This document shows, piece by piece, positions 1 through 13,388 of a stretch of DNA of 64,000 nt (position 1 is its first letter; the number at the start of each line of letters is the position of its first letter). The notes under the pieces are model-generated. The model searched no databases, was not told the DNA's origin, and saw only the letters and a list, made by a program, of their open reading frames with translations. The position numbers were made by a program, and so were the translations under genes. The stretch is taken from contig JBHGNT010000005.1 of NCBI GenBank assembly GCA_043228905.1, forward strand, positions 4,526,001-4,590,000, in the 5' to 3' direction. The DNA is from Azolla caroliniana (Eukaryota; Plantae; Polypodiophyta).

Positions 1-330
1 CATTTTTAAATCAAAATATCAAGCATTATATTTATTATTAAGTATCATCGAACAAAATCCTAACTCGACACAATGTTGCATTATATTAAGTATCATCGAA
101 CAAAAGCATAAATTGACACAATCCTACAACCCCTCGATGGCTATGACTTCTAGGAGGAGTAGTTGGATGTATACCAAGGACGAAACTCATCGAGGTCTAG
201 AGAGAATTTATGAATGTAAGAACTAATGTGATTATATAAATAACATTTGAGGACTATGTTCACAATAATCACGAAAAAAGGAAATAAAGGCCATTCCATC
301 TCGAGAACAACAAAAATGATGTATAACTGA

Positions 331-411
331 TACGAGCATGTCCATATAATATCCCGTGGTAAGATTGTACGATACAATCTTACCACGGGATATTATATGG
401 TCATGCCCGTA
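331..411. repeat. Long near-perfect inverted repeat (hairpin)
   Basis: Perfect 28-bp arms CCATATAATATCCCGTGGTAAGATTGTA (342-369) and TACAATCTTACCACGGGATATTATATGG (373-400) around a 3-nt loop CGA; extends to 39-bp arms with 2 mismatches. Confidence 0.95.
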
Positions 412-546
412 ACAATAACAATGTGAGAGATTATTGGTCCAATGTGTAGGTTGTAACATATTACCAAACCGAGTGAACTAGTAATTCAAGCGACAAATCT
501 GCAACCAATTAGAGCTTAAAGATTTCTTAAAGCAAAAGTACACCCA

Positions 547-548
<2 letters not shown>

Positions 549-603
<55 letters not shown>

Positions 604-781
604 CAGATGGATGTATGGATGTAGCTTAGGTGGTAAGGTTGCACGGTGCACCCATTATATATGTGTGTATATATATATTTATTTATTTATATATGTGTGT
701 GTGTATATATATATATATTTATATATGTGTGTATATATATATATATTTATATATGTGTGTATATATATATATATTTATATA

Positions 782-855
<74 letters not shown>
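549..855. repeat. Compound microsatellite: (GA)n, then (TA/TG)n, then (GA)n
   Basis: (GA)n at 549-599, TA/TG-rich run at about 657-816, (GA)n at 817-855. This explains the low-complexity ORFs in the track. Confidence 0.95.
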
Positions 856-858
<3 letters not shown>

Positions 859-980
859 GAGACCAAGTGGTCATGGGTTCAACCCCTACATCCCATAGTG
901 GCATTTAGTGAAATAAGAGATATCTATGGAGTAATAGATAATAGCGTAAACGACTTACCACTAGGGTAAGCTAATTACAA
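856..980 (+). mobile_element. Dispersed (GA)n-associated short element, copy 1 (family unidentified)
   Basis: Aligns with the reverse complement of 22523-22680 and with 2262-2425. Shared motifs are ACCYCTACATYCCAYWGTGGCATYTAG and CTTACCACTAGGGTAAG. Confidence 0.6.
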
Positions 981-2261
981 TAAAAAAGTTCATAACCAAC
1001 TCACTTATTTCTCTTATGATCAACATAATAGATCATTTGTGAGAAATATGATGTCTTGATAGATGGGCATTGATAATTTAAGTGTTATACCCATATATCG
1101 ACCAAGAAGGGTGAGTGCACATGCGCACATTATTTTCACATAAAGAGTTTTTATGACAAAGTAATAATTCCCTTCTTACGAAAAAGTCACATATATGGTG
1201 ATATCTTGATTTTGTCCCATAGGTATAATTTTGCCTCCAGCTGGACATTAAAAACATATTCTAGTCTATTTATGTGTGTGTGTGGAGGTAATGGTTTGCT
1301 TTGCTTGTGACCTACAAAGTGAGGAGCGTGCTATCTAAGTAGAGAGTGGGTGAGTCAGAGAAACTCGTGTCTTCTTTTTAGTACCTCGTCATTAATAAAT
1401 AACATTGGTTCAATCAACTCCTTACAATATTTGATACACGTGTTAATAATTGCGATTGAACCAACAATAAACTTATTTCTTTGCTTAACTTACATCACTT
1501 TAGAATGAACATAAGATAGCTTTAAGGCTTGAAAATATACACGATTGAGATTGATTATCTGTAAGCCCATGTTGTAACTGAAGTAACTTTGCATTTTGAC
1601 ATCCATGAATGCGTAACTACTTGATGATGTATCGCAATTGACATTGAACATCCAAAAGCTCTTCATCATGTGGTATATCCATCAATAATGAATTACATCT
1701 TATAATGACATATGAAATTTGACCAATTAAATGTTGGCGCCTTTGAGCATTAGACCATCCATACATACAAATTTACAATGTATATATTTGATGCAATTTC
1801 CCATGCCCCCCCCCTTCCCTAAAAAACCACATGTTTTGAAAAGGCAACTAGTTTTTATTCCATATGTCATTATATGAACCAAATAAAGAATGAAACAGTG
1901 TACAGACGAGTTAAAACGCATAGTTGCATGGTTCATAAACTCAACAACAGGTATTACGGGAAATGTGGGGACATTTGGGGGTTTCTAAAAGTAGAGAAAC
2001 TAAATGAAAGTACACCGTTGGTTTGCTTGGCTTGTAGACTAGAAAACAAGGCATTACGTAACCGTGTAGTGGGTGAGAGAGAGAGAACTCAACAGAGGTT
2101 GATATGGTTGTCTAGTTTGGTCATGCATAAATGTTTTATGCAGTACATGTGGTGTAGATCACAAGATTTGACCGTCCATAGCACGCGGTGACAAAAAAAG
2201 AAATACAACATATGACAAAGGGTACGACCACATCGCAAAAAAGAGAGAGAAAGGGAGAGAC

Positions 2262-2425
2262 CGACACGTGATGTGGACCTCGACATTCCACTGTGGCATC
2301 TAGAAAATTAGGGGAAAAAAGAGAGGCATAATAATCATTATTAGCCTTGAACTCAAGTTCTTGGAGTTGATAGTGTAATTAGTCGAACCTTGATAGTCTA
2401 ACAATTTACCATTAGGGTAAGATAG
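2262..2425 (+). mobile_element. Dispersed (GA)n-associated short element, copy 2
   Basis: ACCTCGACATTCCACTGTGGCATCTAG at about 2278-2304 and TTTACCATTAGGGTAAG at 2405-2421, following a GA-rich run. Confidence 0.5.
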
Positions 2426-2908
2426 CTATTATATTAAGATACTAGGTTTTTGTGTGTGTAGGACCCAAGAGTGAATCTTGGAGCCATTTTCTTCCGACTT
2501 CGATTGGCTTATGGGACCGAAAATGAGACGGTTTTAGGGGGGGCAGCACACGAAGCTGATATTGGAGGCTCTCGAGGCCCGAGAGGTTTTTTTGATGGCT
2601 GGTGTGGGCGGACAGACAAATTTAAGAAACAAGAAGATATGATAAGAAGAAGAAGAAGAAGAAGAAGAAAAGGTTTTGTGTTGAGGGCCCAGGGGATGCG
2701 AAGAAGAACATGGAAGGGGTATTTGGGGTGCAATTTGTAAATAAGGAAAATAGAGCAAAGAGGGAGGCAGGGGTACCTGTGGAAATACAGAAAACCCTCT
2801 CTCTTCCTTAGCGAGGAAAGCGCTGCTGCAGAGAGAGAGAGAGAGAGAGAGACGCAAAGAAAAGTGCGAGAAAGAAGTACCTTATGATCTCATCCCTTCG
2901 ATTCATGA

Positions 2909-5900
2909 ATGCTGTCAGCGCCCATGAACCCATCTACAGTTGCAGCAGAAGGCACAGGATTAATCAGAAGATGCCGAGGCATTCCCTCTTCCATGTCCTC
3001 CCTTTGCATCCTTGTCTTGCTGCTGCTTCCTCTTCCCCCCTCTCAAGGTACTCTTGCAATTACCCATGTGTCTCTGTAATTTCTTTTTTCATTTAATTTA
3101 CCACAATTGTTTCAAACCCTCTCCCAAAATTTTCTACATGTATTCCTTTTCAACAAAATTGTCCCGTTTATTATTATCTTCTGTTTTGTTTTTTCGTTTC
3201 ACCGATTTTCCCAAAATTTCCCCTTTTCTCTATTTTTCTATCATCTCTCTTAGCTCAATTTATTTTTGCCATTTTTTTCTTGTCGAAATCCCCTAACTTT
3301 CCATATTCCCCCCTTCCTTTAACTCACTCTTGATCATTGTTTCAAATGTCGTTTTAATTTTTTCATTCAATGTATTCTCTCCATTTTTTAAAATATTTTT
3401 TACCAAATTTATGCTTGTTTTTAATGTAAATACATCCAATTTTGGTCCAAATGTATTTAGAGCTCCTCTTGCTCCTTTTCATATTGTTTAATGTTGTGTA
3501 GGGTACCATTTTACTCCCAAACCTTCATAAAATTTTCAAATTTCCCATAGGTATTGGGTACTCTCGGACACCATCTTCTGTTTTGTTTTTCATTTTTTCC
3601 ATAGATTTCCCATGTTTTACCTTGATTATTTTCCTCCTGTTTGATCCTTCTCTAGTATTTCATTTATGTTTTACAGGTGTTTTGCCCTTGCCGTTAGTTG
3701 AACCTGATTATGATTTTCAATATAACCATACTCTGGCTCGTATACTTGTGGAGTATTCATCAGTGGTACGTTCTTTTGTGAAGCATTAGGACAGGTACAT
3801 TAATTTTGTATCTTTATATGTAATTTTCTCTTCTGTTCACGGGACCTTTGTAGTTCTTTCTTTGTGCAATCACCGTGATCAAATTATTCACCCTCAGGAA
3901 GTTTGTGAAGAAATTCTGAGTGAAGTACTTACAGAAGCTCCTCTCTATTCATGAATACATTGACACATACATATGCACATGCCTACATACATACATAAGC
4001 ACATCCATGCTTGCTTACATACTTACATTCATACTTACATAAATAAGTATTCGCACGCTTTACATACATAACACACAGACAAGCACACACATGCTTACAT
4101 GTGGTGAGTCTTCTACTATCCTGTACTGTTTGGTTGCCTCACTTACAAAGCAATCCTTTGATTGCAACACAAGACGAACTCTACAAAGGACATATCTTTG
4201 ATCCTGCCTACATGTTAATAGTTTTTGGATATCAAAGTCATATCCACACTATACATGTTTTAAAGTGATAACGAGGATACAATCTTCAGAACAGTTGCAC
4301 GCCTCTTGTTATGGTGCATATGAAGGAGGGCCAATGCTCCCGTATCCATGCGGATGAGCACCATACCACGGGAATTTTTGACAATTATTTGTGTGTGAGC
4401 TGATTCATACTAGGAAATGTTAGTGGGATGCATCGTCTTGCTTCCTCTAGGATGGCCATCGCTGAGATTCTTGGGTATGGTCGTTGTATATACAATACTT
4501 TGCACTATGCTCAGAATTAGGCTTTATGCCAAAATTTAAAGGTGTTTTTTGTACAGATAACCATAAATTCTCAAAAAGGAAGAAAGAAAATAAGAAGTAA
4601 CTATAGGAAAGAGAGGTTGTGTATATCTATGCATACATGTATGCATATAGTACAGATGCATAGGATTCCTGGTAGAGTACATGATCATGTGCATCCGGGA
4701 TAGTGAGTTAAACATTATCACTGTAAACCTCAAAGAGAAACACAGGAAATTGTTTCCTAACCATTGAAGGGTTGAACTATTTGTTTTTTCTTCTCGTATT
4801 TATATAGCCAAAAATATTCAGGAAAAACTCTGACACTCCCTTAGTTTTTCCTCTCGAATGCCACTAAGCTTTTGTTATTTCGCTGAATGGTGTTGGTGTT
4901 GCAACCCCCCAAACGCAATTTTATGTTCTTTTTGAGAAATCATATGGTCAATACATTCCCTTTTTCTCAAATAGATGTGATATTCGAGTGATTATATGAT
5001 CAATTCCTTGTTTTTCATTCTTTCAGGGGTTTCAGGAAATAATAAGAACTCAGCTTTTTTCTGACAAATAGCAAAAAACCTAGGGGTATTTCAGGATATA
5101 AAGAAAAACTCTATGGGTATTCCAGAATATATTGAAGAATCACGAGTTTCCTAAGCTACATATAAATTTGTAATACACATTCAGATTTTAACACCGACAA
5201 ATGTGAAGGTTTGATTTTCAAATGTTCAGTACAATGGAGAGATGTAGAACCAGGAAGAGAGAATTTCAATAATCTCAACTGCCAAAACCAGAGATTATGA
5301 TGGAAACTATGGCAGTGGCTATGTAGGGAGATTTAAGGGGGTGAATAACAAGAGCATATCAGAAGATGGTAAATAATCATGTGGTAGATAAATTTGGAGA
5401 GAAGAGTACATTAATAAGAACATAGGATTATTTCTTGGTGACCCATCTAAGTGAAGGATTTAAAGCATATTTTGAGCACATTATACACACCCACCCACCC
5501 ACTCACCCACATATAGATAGATAACATCGTGTGTGTGCGCGCACACACACACGTGTGCACACCCACACACCGACGTGCCCACACCCACACACCGACGTGC
5601 CCACACATGCACGTATAGATAGATAACATTATGGTTACTGTGTATATTATCGATGGCTTTGGGGTGATAAGCAGTACACCTCTAACTTTATGAACTAATT
5701 GCATTTAAATTTGCATTGCAAGTACTGGTTACATGAATGATTTAAAGCTATAGTCTAATCATTATTTTTTTAAACTGGGCTTCTTCAGGTTTATATAAAT
5801 GATATGGATTCTCTTATTGCATGGAATTGTTCAAGGTGCAGTGGTCTCACTAAAGTAAAGCCTATCATTGCTGCTTATCTTTGGTAAAGCTCGATATATT

Positions 5901-8900
5901 ATTATCTCGTGATCCTTATATATGTATATATATATTGGGTTGTGCAGGGCTTTAAACTTGTTGAGCTGATTGTAGATGTACAACATTGCCTCCAGGTATA
6001 GTATAATTACAAAGCTGGTTGATTACATTTTCACACATGGTTGAGTTTAATAAATTTGAGCTTAAGACATGAAGGGTGGTTATTATAGGCTTTTGTTGGG
6101 CTGGCTGAAGATTTGAATGCTATAGTCGTTGCTTTTCGAGGAACTCAGGAGAATAGGTTTGTATGATGAATTGAATTCATATGAATTTGTGCATTAAAAT
6201 ACAACCACAAAATCATTACCTTTATTTGTTTATTCTGTATGTAGTATTCAGAATTGGATGGAGGATCTGTATTTCAAACAGCTGGATTTAAACTATCCTG
6301 ATGTCACAGATGCTATGGTAAACTATGGTTTTATTATTTTTGTATGGATGAATTTGTGGAATGGCAGATATAAATGAAGGATGCAATAAAGCATGTCGTA
6401 TATATATGATAATATTTATTAGAACTTTATTGCATATATTTAATATATATATATATTTCGTATATATGTATATGAATATATAGGTACATCGAGGATTTTA
6501 CACGGCATACCACAATACTACACTTCGATCTCGAGTAGTTGCAGCTGTAATTTTGATAAAGGAACGAGTAAATCCACTTAACTTGATGATAACCGGACAC
6601 TCGATGGGAGGAGCCATGGCGGCATTTTGTGCGCTTGATCTGTTGGTATGTTGATGAGTATTTTTCAAAGTTTGTGGAAAATTCAGCTATTTTATGCAAT
6701 CAAATTTTGAAAGATTCGTCTAGATTTACAAAAACCTAAGGAATTCTAATAGTGTTTATCATAGATAAACATGATGTTATGGAGAATTGAAATATTAGCC
6801 TTATAGAACTACAATATTACGGTTTTCATAAGATCTGAATTTGCCTGTTTTAGTCCTCGAGGTCCTTTTTGCCCTATGATTTCCTGGCAGTATGATTTCT
6901 TGATCATGCTTATGTCCTTTCCATTCAACTATTATGTTGATGTGAACATTTTGTTGCCCCATCAAAGGTTTGTTATTATTATTTACCATTAAGAGTTCCT
7001 AGGTATGAGTTGTCACACTTCATAAAGAAGATGTGGAAGAAACTCTTTAAAGCCTAAACTTTGAACCCATAATTCTAAAGATTTAATTAGTTATGCTCCA
7101 AAACTTATTTACATAATTTCAAACCAGGACCAGAAACCGCAGAGAAGAATGTTTTTGGTCATCCTTAAAATTTTGGGGCTGGAGGGTTCCAACCACTTCA
7201 TATAAGTCATGTAACTTGTTTCCTCTTCCAATTTCCAGAGATAAGGTTTGTTGATGACATTTTAAGTGGTAGAAATGTATATTATTTGATTTGGGCTGAA
7301 GAGAAGGATGCTATAATGTGCACTAAAGGTTATCATTATCCGTAACCATTGGAATTCGAAACATTCAAAGTGAAAGGCATTTTGTTGGATTGTAGAACTA
7401 TGGCTGTTAAGATTATACAATAATATGCCCTAACCCCTCGAAATCTAAATCCGAAAACTGCCTTTTTGTTTACTATTTGATTTATAACAATTTTTCTTTC
7501 AAGTTGAGAGTGGTATAAGTTTGTGGGTCTTTCCTGAGGTTTATTTCTCTTTCCTTTGGATGATTTGTAGGTAAATTATGAGATGAAAAATATCCAGATG
7601 GTGACCTTTGGGCAGCCTCGGATTGGAAATAGCATCTTTGCAGAATATTTTAATGCTTTGCTTCCAAATACTTACCGAATAACACATGCTCATGACATGG
7701 TCCCCCACTTACCTCCATACTACTCGCTCATCCCTCGAAGAACATACCATCATTTTGGAAGAGAGGTGAGTTTTGAACCCTGAACACTAAACATTAATCT
7801 ATAAAAACCTAGATTTTGAAGCTTTTTTGATAGTTTGATTTTTGTTTTAGACCATACACATTACTAAACCCCAGACCCTGTAACCTAGACCCTAACCCTT
7901 GTATCATATATCATATACCACATACCATATACCAGAAGACATCATATCCTATTACCCAGTATTTGATACTGGATACTGGATACCCTGTACCCTATATACC
8001 CTATAACCTATAACCTTATAACCTATATCCTATTACCTTATACCCTAAGCCTAGCTTTCTTAAGCTTTCTCGTTTTTTGGACAATAACCATTACATATGG
8101 TCTGCAGATATGGATTTATCAAGTTCGGCTTGGAAGCTTAATTTACGAAGCTGAACGTGTTTGTGATAGCTCTGGGGAAGATCCTACTTGTAGCAGGTAA
8201 AAGCTAGAGATCCTATCAAGTTTGTGCCTTTTGTTTGCATCTATTCTTTTAATAGGGAAACATTTAACCCTTCGCCTCTTTATTCTTTGTTCGGAGAAAC
8301 TCTGAAGTATGCCTAAATCTTTCGTTATTTTCTCAAATGCCCCTTAGATTCATTTATCTTGAAATGCCCTTGCTCAACCCTCTCTCCAGCAAGTATATAT
8401 GTCCTTTGAGCACTTTTGTGGTCAATTTATCCCCCTTTTCTCTCTGATGGGTTGGTCAGGGGCAATTTGGGGAGATCAAGAGTTTTGGTAATATTTCTGA
8501 GTTTTTCCCTTTTCTTTGTGCCTTTTTTTGTCCACATGACAACGGGTTACACATTTGATTTATTAACATCACTAATATTGCCAGACCTATACATGTAAAG
8601 CCAGAAAAGAGCCAGGCCCTACTTGTTTAAATATTGCAAAGTTGAGAACTATTTTTATAGTTTCTCACTACATCAATCTTTTAATCCTTTTATTAACTCC
8701 CTTTTAATGTTCTTTTTTTTGCTTCTCTTATCAAAACTTTTCATGTTGTGTAGGTCTGTTGCTGGCAATAGTGTTGCAGACCATCTTTGTTACATGGGTG
8801 TATCGCTTGAAGCTGAGAATTGGGCATCGTGTTCATTCATTTTGAGTGGTAATCCAACTGAAACCTTAAATGGTGGCCTTGTGATACAAATACCAATTTC

Positions 8901-8910
8901 TTCTACGTGA
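2909..8910 (+). CDS. Class 3 lipase (alpha/beta hydrolase, At5g18640-like), probably secreted; 10 exons
   Basis: Exons 2909 (or 2993)-3047, 3677-3765, 5789-5854, 5948-5995, 6089-6156, 6245-6317, 6484-6645, 7571-7765, 8108-8196, 8754-8910. All introns are GT-AG and in phase. Motifs: YNHTLARILVEY, VVAFRGT, VHRGF, catalytic TGHSMGG, VTFGQPRIGN, HDMVPHLPP, DHLCY. Hydrophobic signal-like MSSLCILVLLLLPLPPSQG starts at 2993. Confidence 0.92.
7865..8055 (+). repeat. Degenerate ACCCTA(A/T)-type telomere-like repeats in a lipase intron
   Basis: Runs such as AACCTAGACCCTAACCCT and ACCCTATATACCCTATAACCTATAACCTTATAACCTATATCCTATTACCTTATACCCTAAG, period about 7 bp. Confidence 0.6.
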
Positions 8911-11900
8911 CCTAAAACAACATGATTTCTTAATTTCCTCAGTGTTGAGTGGTCACATTGTATTTTTCACCTTTTCCAAGCTAAAGTGTACATATTCCCA
9001 ATGTACAAATATGTCTAATTATATATAAATAGAGCGATACTGAATAAAAAATTTATTTATTTATTATTAAATTGAATCACCTCCAGTATTTTAGGAACTA
9101 AGCTTTAGTATTTCCCGTGGTGGTGATGGCATGTTAGGGTTTTGCAAATGCTATGGCCAATGGGTTTGCAAGTGTTATTGTTCTTGTTTGTTGCTGTAAA
9201 GCTAGTTTGCTTTTTTTTTTTTTTTTGTCAATAGATCCATGGTTAAGATGCTTGGGCAGCTGCGAGTTTCATACCATGTTTTAGGGTTTCATACCATGTA
9301 TATATATGTCGTTTCATCTTCACTAGTGTTCATTCCTCGTGATTTTTCTACGTTTTAAGGTTTTGAACATTAAATGTCTTTGGGTTTTATCTTCACTGAT
9401 GATTGTAAGCTTGTTTTGCATATGAAGTGCAAACTTGTTTGGACATTCCTTACTATGACACACATCTTCTTTGCAAGGGAAAGCTCAATGGTTCCACATT
9501 TACTACCGTCTAGAAAATAAAGAAATGTATGCATTGGCAAAATTAACATGGTTTTGGTTTCTGTCACTAGAGTAAGTACAAGGTGTTTTTTGTACACACA
9601 CAATAGATTCTGTAGTGTCTATTGCTTAGGATTATCTTCACTAGTTGTGGAAGGTGAAGACTTGATGGAAGATTCTTAAAAATTGTTAAAAAACTACCAT
9701 CTTTAGAAGTCTAGAGTTTAAATCACTTCAAGCTTGTGTATCATTGCATGCAACATCTTTATTATGAACCCCTATAAGGATATGACAAGTTGACCCTTAG
9801 CCATCATTGGTTCTTTAAATCATGTGATAGCTTCATGGTATGCCCAATCTCTTCACTATGTGGATCAATGTCCTTATCTAGCATTGTGAAAGAGAAATTA
9901 ATATAAGAACTTCAATTTGAATGTAAGAAGGAAACTCTAATCCATCTAAACCATTGTTCCCATGTCACATGACAATTTTCATTCTTTCTATGACCTCTTT
10001 CAAGTTTGGCTAACCATGCAAGAGCTCCTTGATTGTTTGCAAAACATTTTTCGAAATAACGAGTGAATGCTTTTTTCTATCATTTACCTCAATAAATATC
10101 TCATGAGAATTGTTTGTATTCTAAGTGTTGAGGAAGGCAACTACCTAGTATCGTTTAGAAATTAGAGTCTAATTTGAGGAGTTGTTGTCTTGCTTCCTAG
10201 CATTTGTATAGTTGTATATCTTTGTTTCGGTGTTCTTGTGCTACGAGCATGCCTGCGGCTACAAGATCTTTCCAACTAGGTGATATGTGGGAGGATCCAA
10301 CTCTTTCTATTAAGAATTTTTTAATTGTTTGATGATTGAACAAGTGATGATAGTTGAACATGTGGTTCTCTCTTTATATGTGGGAAGCCACACCACTGTA
10401 GAATATGGTATGTACTAACTTCAAACCCACCTCACACATGTTACTTATTGAGCTAATATTTTATTCTTTTACTTCTATACTTGGAAGGATGGACAAGGGA
10501 TCAATCATCCTAGATATTAGGGTTGTAATTTATGTGATTTATCATGTAAGTAGCCCAATGATTTGTGTTAATAATTAGAGTGATTAGAAATTAGCATTGT
10601 GAGAATTGTCAATTAACAACTAGCGACAATGATAATTAGCACACAAATAAGATCGTTAATGACTACAAGTAATACTATTCATAGTGTTCATTACATATAT
10701 TGCTAATCAATATACAAATTACTATTATTAACATTAACCATACTATTAATTATAGCAATAAGCTCTAGTCATAATGATAACGATAATTAGAATTGTGATA
10801 ATGAATTGTGATAACGATTTTTAACATATTGGGAATAACCACTTTTTTTTATCTATGGACAGAAGGCAATATTTTGAAAAATACAGAAGGTGGCATTTCT
10901 GCAAAAAATGAGTGTTAATGTTTGCAGGCTACAAATATACTTCATGAAAGCTAAACCTCATGTATGGTTAAAGCAATGATACTTTCAACGAGATTATTGT
11001 GAAGTAGTTATAATCAATCATTATAGGCCCGGCCCCATCCATTCACACTAGATACTCAATTTCTACTAATTGTCACTAAATTTGCACGTAATGTTTTGTT
11101 GAATATCCTCTCAATTCATTGATCGCATTAAATCTTCCTCTTTGTTCTTGATTGGTAAATTCCAATCCTCATAGAGTCATATCATCACTTTGTCCCCTCA
11201 ATGTGAACACATCTGGCTTGGGTGTTGTCTTCTATAGGATGGATACATGATTATCTATCATTGAGAAATATTGGCTTCCATATACTATCCCCTCAATGGT
11301 TATAGATTGGGAAAACACCAGAAGTACCCCAAAATGATTGGAAATACCACTTTGGTTTCTAGTTCAAAGAAATATTCAAATTATTTTGTAAACTCAATGT
11401 GCCTCAAACTTATAACAGGTGTTTGAAGCCCTGTCGGTATTCTTTAAATACCCGACAATTAAAGGTATTTTCTAGTGTTTTCCCCTATATATTACTACAT
11501 TATAGGATGTGGATAGATTGGGCATATGACAGTGGCACATTGTACACATGTAGTGACATGTATCTAGGAATTGAAGGGGTCAAATTTTGGCCTTGGATCC
11601 CCTAGGGACATGTAGGGTGTCTCTATGGATGTAGCTACGTGTCTAAAGGGGAGGGCTGAGGCAATATATGGATGTCTGGGAGGAGATTATGTGTCATATT
11701 CTAGTGCATACACAATGGTTACTAAAGTGGGATGTGCGTGTAGTAGGCCCATATTGATGGGGATGTTTTACTTAAATGCCTAGGTTCATGTCAATTTAAT
11801 AGGTCTAATATTATCCACATTGAAAAAGCATTCATATTTTTTTACTTCAAGCCACTACACAACAATTTACAAACACTTTTCTCTTTTGTAAATTCACTTT

Positions 11901-13348
11901 CCGCCAACTAAATGGTGGGAATCAATATAACATTACTTTAGAGGAGGTAATGAACTCACTTTCCACGACAAAAAGGGTGAAAACAACATATCACATTGAT
12001 TTGTTGTTCGACAATGCAAAGAACACATGGTTATTACAACGTCATAAAATATGAGTAAGCAAGTTGAAATTATTGTGTTAAGGATTCAATTTTGGACAAG
12101 GTAAAAGTTTATAAGAAGCTTATGAGAAGATTCTTAAAACTAAAGTATGAGAGGTTACAATGAGGGAATGTGATAGAGCTAAGATAAATAAGAAAAATTG
12201 AGAAATATCCAAGAAGACGTCACAATTTAATGCGACAAGTGAAAGAAGAAATTCTTGGAAGACAAGTTGATTTGGAAACTACGTGTTGAAAAATTCCTAT
12301 TAATTTTGGCTCACATTTGTATTAGAAATATAATTCCTATATTTGATACTATGGTTCTAAGTGTTATGTGTGGAGCACATGCCATTACATGTACTACAGA
12401 TAATGTGAGGATAATTTAGAGTAAGAAATAGACCACATATGGTAACACAGTGATATTTCTGATGTTGGGTTGAATATTATATTAGATCATACTGTATACA
12501 TGACACGTTACTATTTGCAAATTCTTAACTCTTGTTTTAAACAGTGACGAGCAAATGTCATTTCTTCCTTTTAGCGTTGATGATATTGTCATCTACATAA
12601 AGGATGATATCAAATCGTACTGTTTTCATGAAATGTATAACTCAAAACATGCACATTTGGATATGTAAATCGTCACTTATTCTTATTCCTTGGCTATAAC
12701 CGATAAAATCAATATGACCATATTGTGCATTTTGAATTTCATTTATTTGCTATGTGGTATTGTGATTGAATAGTTGAATACTAAGAAAATGGCAGCCAAA
12801 CCCTATACCACATCGAGGTGATATACAAATAACTAGTTGTTTACAGAGTTCTAAGTATGTTATATCACATTAGAAATAGAAATATGTAATAATTTTGGAA
12901 GTGAGGACCTTTAATTTTGCCTTGAGTTAAGGTTGATAGTAAAAGTGCTTCTCTCAAGCGATCTTTAGCTCCCGATGATCAAATGTCACTATCGAACACA
13001 ATCGATAAAGACATTGTGATCCATCAATCTGTTCTCAACTTGACGTGACTAATTAGACCATGTACATCAAATATGAACCTCTTTATTATTTTTGAGGACT
13101 TTCTAATCAACCAATCGAATGAACAGATTTCACTCGTCATAACCCAATGTAATCATGCAATATTGATAGGAAAACTTTCACATGACGTAATGACCAACAA
13201 ACTTTCACTTATATCCCTTCTTCATATTACGGGAAATACCAAAAGTGGCTATCCCTTATAGTTCGAGAAAATATCACTAGATACCCATGGTAAAAAATAC
13301 ACTAGTTTTTATTATAAAATATAGGTATAGAGACAAGACTCTTCCTAC

Positions 13349-13351
<3 letters not shown>

Positions 13352-13386
<35 letters not shown>
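13352..13386. repeat. (CA)n microsatellite
   Basis: Direct reading. A second (CA)n lies at 15155-15187. Confidence 0.95.

Positions 13387-13388
<2 letters not shown>

Noticed and set aside
36-122. 48-bp-period duplication TATTAAGTATCATCGAACAAAA
   Set aside because: Real but ordinary two-copy local duplication with no sign of function.
599-969. ORFs rich in YI/CV/ER dipeptides
   Set aside because: They are translations of microsatellites.
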